From NCBI GenBank assembly GCA_035512515.1, contig DATKDY010000215.1, positions 1,294 through 65,293 of the forward strand: a stretch of 64,000 nt of DNA, given 5' to 3'. How positions within the stretch are numbered: position 1 is the first letter of the stretch; every line of letters begins with the position of its first letter. The notes under the pieces are model-generated. The model was given only the letters and a program-made list of their open reading frames with translations, was not told the DNA's origin and did no database searches. The position numbers and the translations under genes are program-made. Source of the stretch: Vicinamibacterales bacterium (GTDB taxonomy: Bacteria; Acidobacteriota; Vicinamibacteria; Vicinamibacterales; UBA2999). Positions 8,793 through 16,813 of this stretch are shown one piece after another.

Positions 8793-11313
8793 GGAGCTTT
8801 TCGCAGCCTGCCACGAGCTGTCGAGCGCCGAACGCGCGCCGTTTCTTGACGGCGCGTGCAAGGGTGACGCGGAACTGCGCGGCCATGTCGAGTCGCTGAT
8901 CGCCTCGTACCACGAGGCCGGGGATTTCCTGGAACGACCTGCGGCGATGGGGACGGCCGTCCACGTGGCACCCGGCCTCCGGCTCGGGCCCTATGAGGTG
9001 CTCGAGCGAATCGCGGCGGGCGGAATGGGCGAAGTCTACCGCGCCCGGGACGTGCGTCTCGGTCGGATCGTGGCGCTGAAGATCCTGCCGCCATCGGCAG
9101 CCGATCATCCTGAGGCGCGGCTGCGGTTCGAGCGCGAGGCCCGGCTCATCTCGAGCCTCAACCACCCCAACATCTGCGCCCTGTTCGATGTCGGACGCCA
9201 CGAGAGTCTGGATTTCCTCGTGATGGAGTTCCTCGACGGCGAGACGCTGGCGCGGCGGCTCGAACGTGGCCCCCTGCCGGCTGCGGAGCTGCAGCGGTAC
9301 GCGATCCAGATCGCCGATGCGCTGGACTGTGCGCATCGGCAGGGCGTGGTTCATCGCGACCTGAAACCCTCGAACATCATCCTCACCGAGGCAGGCGCCA
9401 AGCTGCTCGACTTCGGCATCGCCACGCTGCACGATGCGGACGACGATGGCGTCATCGACTCGACACAGCGATCGCTCGTCGCGCTCACCGGCCACAGCCG
9501 CATTGCCGGAACGGTGGCTTACATGTCCCCCGAACAAGTGCGGGGAGAGCCGATTGACGCTCGGAGCGATCTCTTTTCGTTTGGCGCTGTCATGTACGAA
9601 ATGGCGGCCGGAAGTCGTCCGTTCGCCGGAGAGAATACGGCGGAGGTACGCTCTGCAATCGCGACCACCCCGGCCCCGCCTGTTTCGTCAGTGAATCCCG
9701 AGGTGGGCTTCGGCCTCTCCGCGCTCATTACGAAGGCGCTCGAGCCTGACCTGGCGCGCCGCTATCAGCGCGCCGCGGAGATCCGGCGGGACCTCCTGCA
9801 GCTCACGCGCGTCTCGCGGGTGACGCCGTGGGTTGCGGCCGCGGTTGGCGCCGCAGCACTCGTCGCCGTCGGCGGCCTGTTCCTGTCGTTGACGAACGTC
9901 CCGCCCGCGAGTGAGGTGCGGAGTGTTCGCTCGGTCGCTGTGCTGCCGTTCAAGCCGCTCGTTGCCGGTGGGGTTGACGACGACTATATCGGCGTGGCGC
10001 TCGCCGATGCGCTCGTCACTGAACTGAAGGCCATCAACGCCGTGGTCGTCCGGCCGGTGAGCGCAACCAGCCGGTCCGCACAGTCCGGACTCGACGCGGT
10101 CGGCGTGGGGCGCGAAGTCGATGCGGACGTGGTGGTGGAGGGCGCCATCCAGCGCTCCGGCGACCTGTTGCGGGTCAGCGTCCAACTGCTGCGCGTGGCC
10201 GACGGTGTCGCGATCTGGTCGGATCGGTTCGACGCTCGATGGGTCGATGTCTTCGGCGTCCAGGACGCGATTGCCGAGCAGGTCGCTCGCGCGCTGGAGG
10301 TCACGCTCACCGGCGACGACCGCCGCCGCGTCCTGAGGAGGCGGACGGCGGACATCGGCGCCTACGAGGCCTACCTCAAGGGACGCTACTTCTGGAACAC
10401 ACGCACCGCAGACGGCCTGCAGCGAGCGCGCGGATACTTTCAGGAGGCCATCGAGCGGGACTCGAGCTACGCGCCGGCGCACGCCGGCCTCGCGGACACC
10501 TACGCACTGCTCGGATCGCTGGCGGTGGCCGCGATCCCGCCCAGGGAGGCTGGCCCGAAGGCCATCGAGGCGGCGGCCCGCGCGCTCGACTTGGACAGCA
10601 CCCTCGCCGAAGCGCACGTCTCCATGGCGTTTGCGACCTACAGCTTCAACTGGGATTGGCAGGGTGCGGAACGGCATTTCCGTCGCGCGATCGAGCTCGA
10701 CCCGGACTACGGGACGGCGCACCATTGGTATGCCCTCTACCTGGGACAACTGGGGCGCCTCGACGAGGCGCTCGCGGCTGCGCAGCGCGCCCTGCGTCTC
10801 GAGCCGCTGTCGCTCGTCGGGACCTATGCCGTCGGACTGGCGCACTACCAGGCACGGCGTTTCGATCTCGCGCGCGATTATGCCGGGCGATTGCTCGAGA
10901 TCGCGCCGGATTTTCCTCACGGGACGCGCTTGATGGGTTCGGTGGACATCGCAGAGGGTCGCTACGCGCCGGCGATCATCGCGCACGAGCGGCTATGTGC
11001 CGCACACCCCCGGAGCTCGTTGTATGCCGCCTGGCTGGCACACGCGTACGGCCGGGCAGGTCAGCAGGTGCGCGCACAGCAGATTCTCGATGAGCTCGTA
11101 GCGGCCTCGAAGACGGCCTATGTGTCAGCGGCGAACATCGCGATCGGATACATCGGCCTGGGTGATACCGATGCCGCGCTCTCCTGGCTGGAAAAAGGGT
11201 ACGCGGAGCGCTCGCAGGCGCTCACGTTTCTGAAAACCGACCCCGTCTACGATCCGCTGCGGTCCGATCCGCGGTTTGTGGATCTGATGCGTCGCGTGGG
11301 ACTCGCCCCGTAA
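8761..11313 (+). CDS. Ser/Thr protein kinase with N-terminal ECF-associated leader, one TM segment, TolB-N-like module and C-terminal TPR repeats
   Basis: GxGxxG-like AAGGMGEVY, VALK, catalytic loop HRDLKPSNIIL, DFG, YMSPEQ; TPR-like repeats in the C-terminal 350 aa. ATG at 8761 is preferred over GTG at 8743. Confidence 0.9.
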   Translation: MSLANDWARIKELFAACHELSSAERAPFLDGACKGDAELRGHVESLIASYHEAGDFLERPAAMGTAVHVAPGLRLGPYEVLERIAAGGMGEVYRARDVRLGRIVALKILPPSAADHPEARLRFEREARLISSLNHPNICALFDVGRHESLDFLVMEFLDGETLARRLERGPLPAAELQRYAIQIADALDCAHRQGVVHRDLKPSNIILTEAGAKLLDFGIATLHDADDDGVIDSTQRSLVALTGHSRIAGTVAYMSPEQVRGEPIDARSDLFSFGAVMYEMAAGSRPFAGENTAEVRSAIATTPAPPVSSVNPEVGFGLSALITKALEPDLARRYQRAAEIRRDLLQLTRVSRVTPWVAAAVGAAALVAVGGLFLSLTNVPPASEVRSVRSVAVLPFKPLVAGGVDDDYIGVALADALVTELKAINAVVVRPVSATSRSAQSGLDAVGVGREVDADVVVEGAIQRSGDLLRVSVQLLRVADGVAIWSDRFDARWVDVFGVQDAIAEQVARALEVTLTGDDRRRVLRRRTADIGAYEAYLKGRYFWNTRTADGLQRARGYFQEAIERDSSYAPAHAGLADTYALLGSLAVAAIPPREAGPKAIEAAARALDLDSTLAEAHVSMAFATYSFNWDWQGAERHFRRAIELDPDYGTAHHWYALYLGQLGRLDEALAAAQRALRLEPLSLVGTYAVGLAHYQARRFDLARDYAGRLLEIAPDFPHGTRLMGSVDIAEGRYAPAIIAHERLCAAHPRSSLYAAWLAHAYGRAGQQVRAQQILDELVAASKTAYVSAANIAIGYIGLGDTDAALSWLEKGYAERSQALTFLKTDPVYDPLRSDPRFVDLMRRVGLAP

Positions 11314-11524
11314 AGGCATCCGTATCTCTCGCTTGCATCATCGCATTCAACAGTGCGAGCACTTCGCCGCGCAGCGCCTCGTCGGCGGCACACGCCTCGG
11401 CAACGTACGCCGCGCGATCGGCTTCCGGACGCATCCAGGCGGCACCCGTCACTTCTTTGATCCGCTTCCACTGTTCTCGTGTCACTGGCCCGGGGTCACA
11501 GTAGGAACGCGACGTCGGGCCCAT
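11222..11524 (-). CDS. Short ORF encoding only the conserved N-terminal leader of ECF-linked Ser/Thr kinases (possible anti-sigma-like stub or gene remnant)
   Basis: REQWKRIKEVTGAAWMRPEADRAAYVAEACAADEALRGEVLALL aligns with the kinase N-terminus DWARIKELFAACHELSSAERAPFLDGACKGDAELRGHVESLI. The ORF starts 8 nt after the sigma-factor stop. Its last ~30 codons are antisense to the kinase 3' end. Confidence 0.45.
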   Translation of the reverse strand: MGPTSRSYCDPGPVTREQWKRIKEVTGAAWMRPEADRAAYVAEACAADEALRGEVLALLNAMMQARDTDAFTGRVPRDASDPQTADRTAADRRRGRFSET

Positions 11525-11531
11525 TTCCGGC

Positions 11532-12107
11532 TCATGGAGGAGTTCCGGACGTCAGGGCACGATAGAGCCATCCTTTGGCGATCGCCCATTCTCGCTTGAC
11601 CGTCGAGGGGGAAATATCCAGCACCGTCGCGGTTTCGTCGAGCGTCAGCCCGCCAAAGAAGCGCAGTTCGACGATGCGCGCCTGTTCCGGATCCAGCTTT
11701 TCGAGCTCCTGGAGTGCACGATCGAGCGCGAGCGCATCCACGGCATCGACCGCCGCCGCAGGGGCCGCAACGGGCAGGTCATCGACCACCTCGGGGACGA
11801 TGCCCGCCCCGCGCTTGTCCCGCAGCCGGTGCCGCGCATCGTCCACGACGATCCGCCGCATCAACTGCGCGGCGATGCCGAAGAAGTGCGCCCGGTTCTG
11901 CCACTGCACGGCGCGCTGATCCACGAGCTTCACGTAGGCCTCATGGACGAGGGCGGTCGTTTGCAGCGTGTGATTCGGCCGCTCCTTGGACAGGTGACGG
12001 GCCGCCAGCGCGCGCAGCTCCGCGTAGACCAGCGGGATAAGGCGATCGAGGGCCTCTCGACTGCCGTTGCGCCATTCGTGGAGCAGAAGCGTGACGTCGT
12101 CTGGCAT
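11532..12107 (-). CDS. ECF RNA polymerase sigma factor (TIGR02999 / Sigma70_ECF type, kinase-associated group)
   Basis: The N-terminus DVTLLLHEWRNGSREALDRLIPLVYAELRALA is typical of this ECF subgroup. Region 2 (LVHEAYVKL) and region 4 HTH (LTLDETATVLDISPSTVKREW) are present. Confidence 0.9.
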   Translation of the reverse strand: MPDDVTLLLHEWRNGSREALDRLIPLVYAELRALAARHLSKERPNHTLQTTALVHEAYVKLVDQRAVQWQNRAHFFGIAAQLMRRIVVDDARHRLRDKRGAGIVPEVVDDLPVAAPAAAVDAVDALALDRALQELEKLDPEQARIVELRFFGGLTLDETATVLDISPSTVKREWAIAKGWLYRALTSGTPP

Positions 12108-12600
12108 CAGTCGCTCGAGCGAGTGTAGGTCATCCCGGCAATCGGCAGTTCCGTTTGCGGATGTCGCTACAGTCTGTTCGAAAGCGGACAGCGGGGATTC
12201 TTCTCACGCTGCTCGAAGTGTGCGGCCATTCCATTGCTAGTGGCTTTGTGGACCGTACTGACTGTCCGCACTCGATGCACCGGCAATCCTCAACATTCAT
12301 GTCGATGGCTTGCTCCACAGTGATGACTTGCTGGTGCTGCCGATGATCGCGCTGCATCGCGTCATTTTTGGAGCGCTGCTGGTGCGTCGCTGCGGTGGCA
12401 GTTTCACGAGTTGACGTCTTGGGGTATCACTCATTTGGCTGACTGCGCGTGCTCATTTTGACAAGGTCGCGTGGCCATCCCCTCACCGCATACCTTACAC
12501 TCGCGTTCTTCGAGGCGGCGTCATGGCCGATGCTTCTCTACGAATAGTGGCTCAACGAGCAGTGCGTCACCGTCCAGTTGGTGGATGCCGTCGTGGCGAA

Positions 12601-12704
12601 CACCCGACCCACCCCACCGGGCTTACCCGTCCTACCAGCTCCCCTCGCCCGCCCTGAGCGGGCGAAGCGCGTCGAAAGGGCCCTACCTGCCCCACCCGCC
12701 TTAC
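12601..12704. repeat. Reverse-orientation copy of the GGCAGGTAGG-type repeat family plus a hairpin, at the 3' end of uraD
   Basis: ccctacctgccccacccgccttac (12681-12704) is the reverse complement of gtaaggcgggtggggcaggtaggg, which resembles the array at 29155-29246. Hairpin CGCCCGC-cctga-GCGGGCG at about 12646-12664. Confidence 0.6.
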
Positions 12705-13201
12705 AAGCGGCGAAGCCGCAGCTCCGTGATCTTCGCCTGCTCGCCCGCGGCAATCAGCAGTTCCGTCTGCGGATCGTTGTGCAGCCGTTCGTGCAGCAAC
12801 GCGAGCATCTCCTCGGCATTCTTGCCGGTCGCGCACACGATGAAGATGTAGCCAAACGTCTCTTCGTACGCACGGTTGGCGTCGGCGAGCGCGTCGAGCG
12901 TGTCGCCGGACGCGTCGCTGACCCCGCGCTGTTCCTCCGCCGACAGATCCGCCGTCGCCGGAAATCGGGCGCGGAGCGCGTCGCGATCGCCAATCTTCGG
13001 GTGCTGCGCGAACGCCTCGCGCCAGTCGTCCGGCGTCAGGGCAAACCACTCCTGACGGGCCATCGCGTGCAGTTGTTCATCGCTGCCGAACGGACGATGG
13101 GCGAGCATGCGCGCCACCCACGCCCCGGATCCGCAGCACGACAGGAAGAACTCTCGCGCGTCGTCCTCCGACGCCGCGTCAAGCCGCTGCCACGCGTCCA
13201 T
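12701..13201 (-). CDS. uraD: OHCU decarboxylase (2-oxo-4-hydroxy-4-carboxy-5-ureidoimidazoline decarboxylase)
   Basis: MDAWQRLDAASEDDAREFFLSCCGSGAWVARM...HPKIGDR...YEETFGYIFIVCATGK matches the OHCU decarboxylase family. ATG at 13201; the longer track ORF upstream is not coding-like. Confidence 0.85.
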   Translation of the reverse strand: MDAWQRLDAASEDDAREFFLSCCGSGAWVARMLAHRPFGSDEQLHAMARQEWFALTPDDWREAFAQHPKIGDRDALRARFPATADLSAEEQRGVSDASGDTLDALADANRAYEETFGYIFIVCATGKNAEEMLALLHERLHNDPQTELLIAAGEQAKITELRLRRL

Positions 13202-14171
13202 AGACCCGCAGGCGGCTGATGCCGCCGTCCGGAAAGATGTTGAGACGCACCTGCGACACCGGCGGGGCGTCGCGCACCTCTTTCGTGAAAAGGTGCCGAT
13301 GATGCGCGCGCAGCTTCGTCTGTGGCAGCAGCTCCGTCCACGTGCCGTCGCCAAGACGGCCATCGAGCGACGCGCTGTCCGGATAGTTTCCCTTGTAGTG
13401 ATTCGTGTCGATCTCCACCTTCGAAATGAGGCCCGGCGTCCCGAGTCGAATGATCGCCCAGTCGTACCCGGGTCCACGGCGTCGCTTCGTCTCCCAACCG
13501 TCGCCCATGTTCTTCGCACGGCCCGGCATGATCATGTTGTTCGGTGTGCCGTAATGCCTGTCGCTGGCGTCAATCGCCAGGCCGCCGTGTTCGATGGCCG
13601 CGAGATCGACGATATGGCCGCCTCGCGTGAGACGACGCCAATCCACGACCACCTCGCCGTAGACGCGGAGCCGGGCCACGCCGCCGTCGGGAAAGATGTT
13701 GAGCCGCAGGTGCGTCCAGGGGAGCTCGCTCCCGACGGCCAGGAAGTTGTCGCCGTCTCCCTCGAGCGCGGCATTGGGCAACACCGTTGTCCACGGTTCG
13801 CCCTCCACCGCGTAGATGCGCGGTGACAGCGGTTGTGTGCTGTCGAGCGCCTCAAGCGAGCAGTGCGATGGGAAGTTGCCGGTGAAGAATCGCGTGTCCA
13901 CGTTGACGCCACGAATGACCCCGCGCATCCCGAGCCGGACGATGCACCAATCGTGTCCAGGCGTGCGCCGCCGCCGCGATTCCCAGCCGTCCATCCACTT
14001 GCCACGAGACGTGTATTTGCCCGGGACGAACACCGGGGGCTCGTGCTTGATCAGGTTGGATTTCGCCGCGAAGAAATCGTCGTTCGTGGCAATCGCCTTT
14101 CCGCCGACGCGGCTCGACGCCAGTTCGGCCAGACGGGTGAAAGACGGACTACTATGCTCGGTCATGCTCAC
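13179..14171 (-). CDS. alc: Allantoicase (allantoate amidinohydrolase)
   Basis: Two allantoicase repeats (GKWMDGWESRRRR...VDTRFFTGNFP and GDGWETKRRR...IDTNHYKGNYP). GTG at 14171 or ATG at 14165. Confidence 0.9.
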   Translation of the reverse strand: MSMTEHSSPSFTRLAELASSRVGGKAIATNDDFFAAKSNLIKHEPPVFVPGKYTSRGKWMDGWESRRRRTPGHDWCIVRLGMRGVIRGVNVDTRFFTGNFPSHCSLEALDSTQPLSPRIYAVEGEPWTTVLPNAALEGDGDNFLAVGSELPWTHLRLNIFPDGGVARLRVYGEVVVDWRRLTRGGHIVDLAAIEHGGLAIDASDRHYGTPNNMIMPGRAKNMGDGWETKRRRGPGYDWAIIRLGTPGLISKVEIDTNHYKGNYPDSASLDGRLGDGTWTELLPQTKLRAHHRHLFTKEVRDAPPVSQVRLNIFPDGGISRLRVYGRVAAA

Positions 14172-14997
14172 GCATACAGCCTATGGCAAGTCGCAGGTCC
14201 GGCTCGTGCAGGTCCGCCGCCGTGGCGATCGTGACGAACTCCGCGATCTGGCGGTCGCGATTCGGTTCGAGGGCGACTACGACGCATCGTACATCGACGG
14301 CGACAATCAGGACGTGTTGCCCACCGACACGATGAAGAACACCGTCTACGCGCTGGCGGCACGGCACCCCGTGCAGGATCCGGAGCCGTTCGGCATGCGG
14401 CTCGGAGGACACTTCCTCGAAAGGAATCCCAGGCTTCGCCGCGTCACAATCGATTGCGTCGAGCACCAGTGGCGGCGCATCGAAATCGGCGAGCGCGAGC
14501 ACGGGCACGCCTTCATGCGCCGCGGGCCGGATACGCGGACGGCCCTGGTGGTCGCCGATCGCAGTGCGGTGATGGTCGGGGCCGGCGTGCAGGACCTGCT
14601 CGTCATGAAGACTGGTCATTCCGCGTTTTCCGGCTTCCCGCGTGACGAATTCACGACCCTTCCCGACACGCGCGACCGGCTGCTGGCCACGTCGATGACG
14701 GCGACGTGGCGCTACGCGGACAACGACGTGCCATTCAGTTCCACATGGCGTGGCGTGCGGGATGCACTGCTGCGGACCTTCGCGGAGCACGACAGCGAAT
14801 CGGTCCAGCACACGCTGTATGCCATGGGCCAGGCCGTGCTGGACGCGCTCGACATCGTGTCCTCCATCACGCTGGTGATGCCCAACAAGCACCACGTGCC
14901 GATCGATCTGGCACGTTTTGGCCTCGCGAACCGCAATGAGGTCTTCGTTGCCACCGACGAGCCCTACGGACGAATCGAAGCAACGCTGACCAGATGA
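14164..14997 (+). CDS. uox: Urate oxidase (factor-independent uricase)
   Basis: YGKSQVRLVQV, LPTDTMKNTVY, MPNKHHVPIDL and EPYGRIEATLTR align with bacterial uricases. ATG at 14164; the track ORF from 13816 is an antisense extension over alc. Confidence 0.88.
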   Translation: MLTHTAYGKSQVRLVQVRRRGDRDELRDLAVAIRFEGDYDASYIDGDNQDVLPTDTMKNTVYALAARHPVQDPEPFGMRLGGHFLERNPRLRRVTIDCVEHQWRRIEIGEREHGHAFMRRGPDTRTALVVADRSAVMVGAGVQDLLVMKTGHSAFSGFPRDEFTTLPDTRDRLLATSMTATWRYADNDVPFSSTWRGVRDALLRTFAEHDSESVQHTLYAMGQAVLDALDIVSSITLVMPNKHHVPIDLARFGLANRNEVFVATDEPYGRIEATLTR

Positions 14998-16472
14998 TCG
15001 TCCGCAGCCAGCGCGTCGTCCTGCCAGACGGCATTCGACCGGCAGCCATTCACATCCGCGACGGCCGCATCGTCGCTATCGATACCGCACCCGCCTCCGC
15101 GCCTTCGGCGCTTCGGCGAGGCAGGCCTGGCGCACCTGCTGCACCTGCCGCACCTGCTGCACCTGGCGCACCTGTCGCACCTGTCGCACCTGGCGCACCT
15201 GCTGCACCTGTGACACCTTTGCCACCTGTCCCACCTGGCGAACGCATCCTCGACGTCGGCGAGCTGATCGTGCTGCCCGGCCTCGTCGATACACATGTTC
15301 ACGTCAACGAACCGGGACGCACGGATTGGGAAGGCTTTGCGACGGCGACGCGCGCCGCCGCGGCCGGCGGCGTGACGACGATCGTGGATATGCCGCTCAA
15401 CAGCGTGCCGGCGACCACGAACGTGGCCGGTCTCGAGGCGAAACGGCAAGCGGCCATGGGGAAGTGCCACGTGGACGTCGCCTTCTGGGGCGGCGCGGTC
15501 CCCGGCAACGTGGCCGATCTCGAGCCGCTCCGCATCGCGGGCGTGCGCGGCTTCAAGTGCTTCATGAGTCCGTCCGGCGTCGATGAGTTCTCGCACGTGA
15601 GCGAGACGGATCTGCGTAACGCCATGCCTGTGGTGGCGCGCCTCGGTGTGCCGCTGCTGGTACACGCGGAATGGCCCGCGAGGCTGCGCACGCCCCGTGG
15701 CGATCCTCGACGTTACCGCACGTGGCTCGACAGCCGTCCTCCGGAAGCGGAAGTCGCCGCCATCGACCTGCTCGTGCGGCTGGCCCGCGAGTTCGGCACA
15801 CACGTTCACATCGTCCATCTCGCCACCGGCGACGCCATTCCTACGATTCGTGCGGCTCGCGCCGAGGGAATCGCCGTGAGCGTCGAGACGTGCCCGCATT
15901 ACCTGTTCTTCGCGGCTGACGACATCGCCGACGGCGACACCCGCATGAAGTGTGCGCCGCCGATTCGCGAGCGCGCCGAGCGCACCCGCCTGTGGGACGG
16001 ACTTCTTGCGGGCGACGTCGATCTCGTGGCCACGGACCATTCCCCGGCGCCCCCGGCGATGAAGCACGTGAACGACGGCGACTTCGTGGCGGCGTGGGGT
16101 GGCATTGCTTCGCTTCAGCTTGGCCTCGCTGCCGTCTGGACCGGCGGTCACGTACGGGGACCGTCCCCTCTCTCACGGGATGAGGGGCTGTCCCCGTTCA
16201 TGCTTGCGCGGTGGCTGTCGGCAGGGCCAGCCCGGCTGGCCGGACTCTATCCTGCGAAGGGCGTGCTCGCGCCAGGGAGCGACGCCGATCTCGTCATCTG
16301 GGATCCGGACGCCGAAACCGTCGTCGATGGCGCGAAGCTCTATCATCGACACGCGCTGACGCCGTATCATGGCCAGCGGCTTCGTGGACGTGTGCGCACG
16401 ACGATCCTGCGCGGCGCGGTCGTGTTTGACGATGGCGAGTGCCGCGGGCCCGCGACCGGGCGATTGTTATGA
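14994..16472 (+). CDS. allB: Allantoinase (cyclic amidohydrolase) carrying an in-frame Ala/Pro-rich repeat insertion
   Basis: PGLVDTHVHVNEPGRTDWEGF metal-binding HxH and an amidohydrolase fold throughout. ATGA overlap with the uox stop. Confidence 0.9.
   Translation: MIVRSQRVVLPDGIRPAAIHIRDGRIVAIDTAPASAPSALRRGRPGAPAAPAAPAAPGAPVAPVAPGAPAAPVTPLPPVPPGERILDVGELIVLPGLVDTHVHVNEPGRTDWEGFATATRAAAAGGVTTIVDMPLNSVPATTNVAGLEAKRQAAMGKCHVDVAFWGGAVPGNVADLEPLRIAGVRGFKCFMSPSGVDEFSHVSETDLRNAMPVVARLGVPLLVHAEWPARLRTPRGDPRRYRTWLDSRPPEAEVAAIDLLVRLAREFGTHVHIVHLATGDAIPTIRAARAEGIAVSVETCPHYLFFAADDIADGDTRMKCAPPIRERAERTRLWDGLLAGDVDLVATDHSPAPPAMKHVNDGDFVAAWGGIASLQLGLAAVWTGGHVRGPSPLSRDEGLSPFMLARWLSAGPARLAGLYPAKGVLAPGSDADLVIWDPDAETVVDGAKLYHRHALTPYHGQRLRGRVRTTILRGAVVFDDGECRGPATGRLL
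15132..15239 (+). repeat. 12 tandem 9-nt units (GCACCTGCT/GCC/GGC/GTC...) in frame inside allB
   Basis: The units read directly as gcacctgct gcacctgcc gcacctgct gcacctggc gcacctgtc gcacctgtc gcacctggc gcacctgct gcacctgtg acacctttg ccacctgtc ccacctggc. They encode APAAPAAPAAPGAPVAPVAPGAPAAPVTPLPPVPPG. Confidence 0.95.
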
Positions 16473-16813
16473 GCGCGATTACCACACATGTTCTCGACAC
16501 CTCGACCGGACGTCCGGCAGCGGCTGTGACCGTCGTCCTCGAAGCGCATCACGGCCCTGACGAATGGAGCGAATTGGGACGGGGAGAGACGGATCCTGAT
16601 GGGCGTCTCCGGACGCTGCTGACCGCCGGCGCACCGCTCGCCGCCGGCATGTACCGCCTGACGTTCGACACGCGGTCATACTTCGAACGATCGGGTGTGC
16701 GCGCGTTTTACCCGTCTGTGAGCGTCGTGTTCGAGGTCGTCGCCGGAGAAGCGCACTATCACGTCCCGATCCTCGTCAGCCCGTTTGGCTACACCACATA
16801 TCGCGGGTCGTGA
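16469..16813 (+). CDS. uraH: 5-hydroxyisourate hydrolase (transthyretin-like)
   Basis: ITTHVLDTSTGRPAA...HYHVPILVSPFGYTTYRGS; the C-terminal YRGS is the HIUase hallmark. ATGA overlap with the allB stop. Confidence 0.92.
   Translation: MSAITTHVLDTSTGRPAAAVTVVLEAHHGPDEWSELGRGETDPDGRLRTLLTAGAPLAAGMYRLTFDTRSYFERSGVRAFYPSVSVVFEVVAGEAHYHVPILVSPFGYTTYRGS

Noticed and set aside
12130-12357. 75-aa ORF just upstream of the ECF sigma gene (contains CRCIECG)
   Set aside because: It has no RBS and atypical codon usage in a low-G+C spacer, and a single CxC..CxxC-like string is not enough. It is kept only as a remark in the finding on 12108-12700.
13816-14163. N-terminal 116-aa extension of the uricase ORF in the track (and the analogous extensions 13202..13519 for uraD, 34108..34653 for nuoE, 58324..59121 for DUF5916 and 50293..50955 for UPF0158)
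   Set aside because: The extensions run antisense or out of frame through neighbouring well-supported genes and have no similarity to the respective families. Internal ATG starts with RBS or stop-start overlaps fit better.
14964-16151. 395-aa minus-strand ORF and the small QVRQV/GAAGA ORFs across the allB repeat (15050..15294), plus 42257..42913 and 42297..42575 across the nuoM repeat
   Set aside because: These are alternate-frame or antisense readings of the 9-nt repeat and of allB/nuoM. They are periodic low-complexity artefacts.
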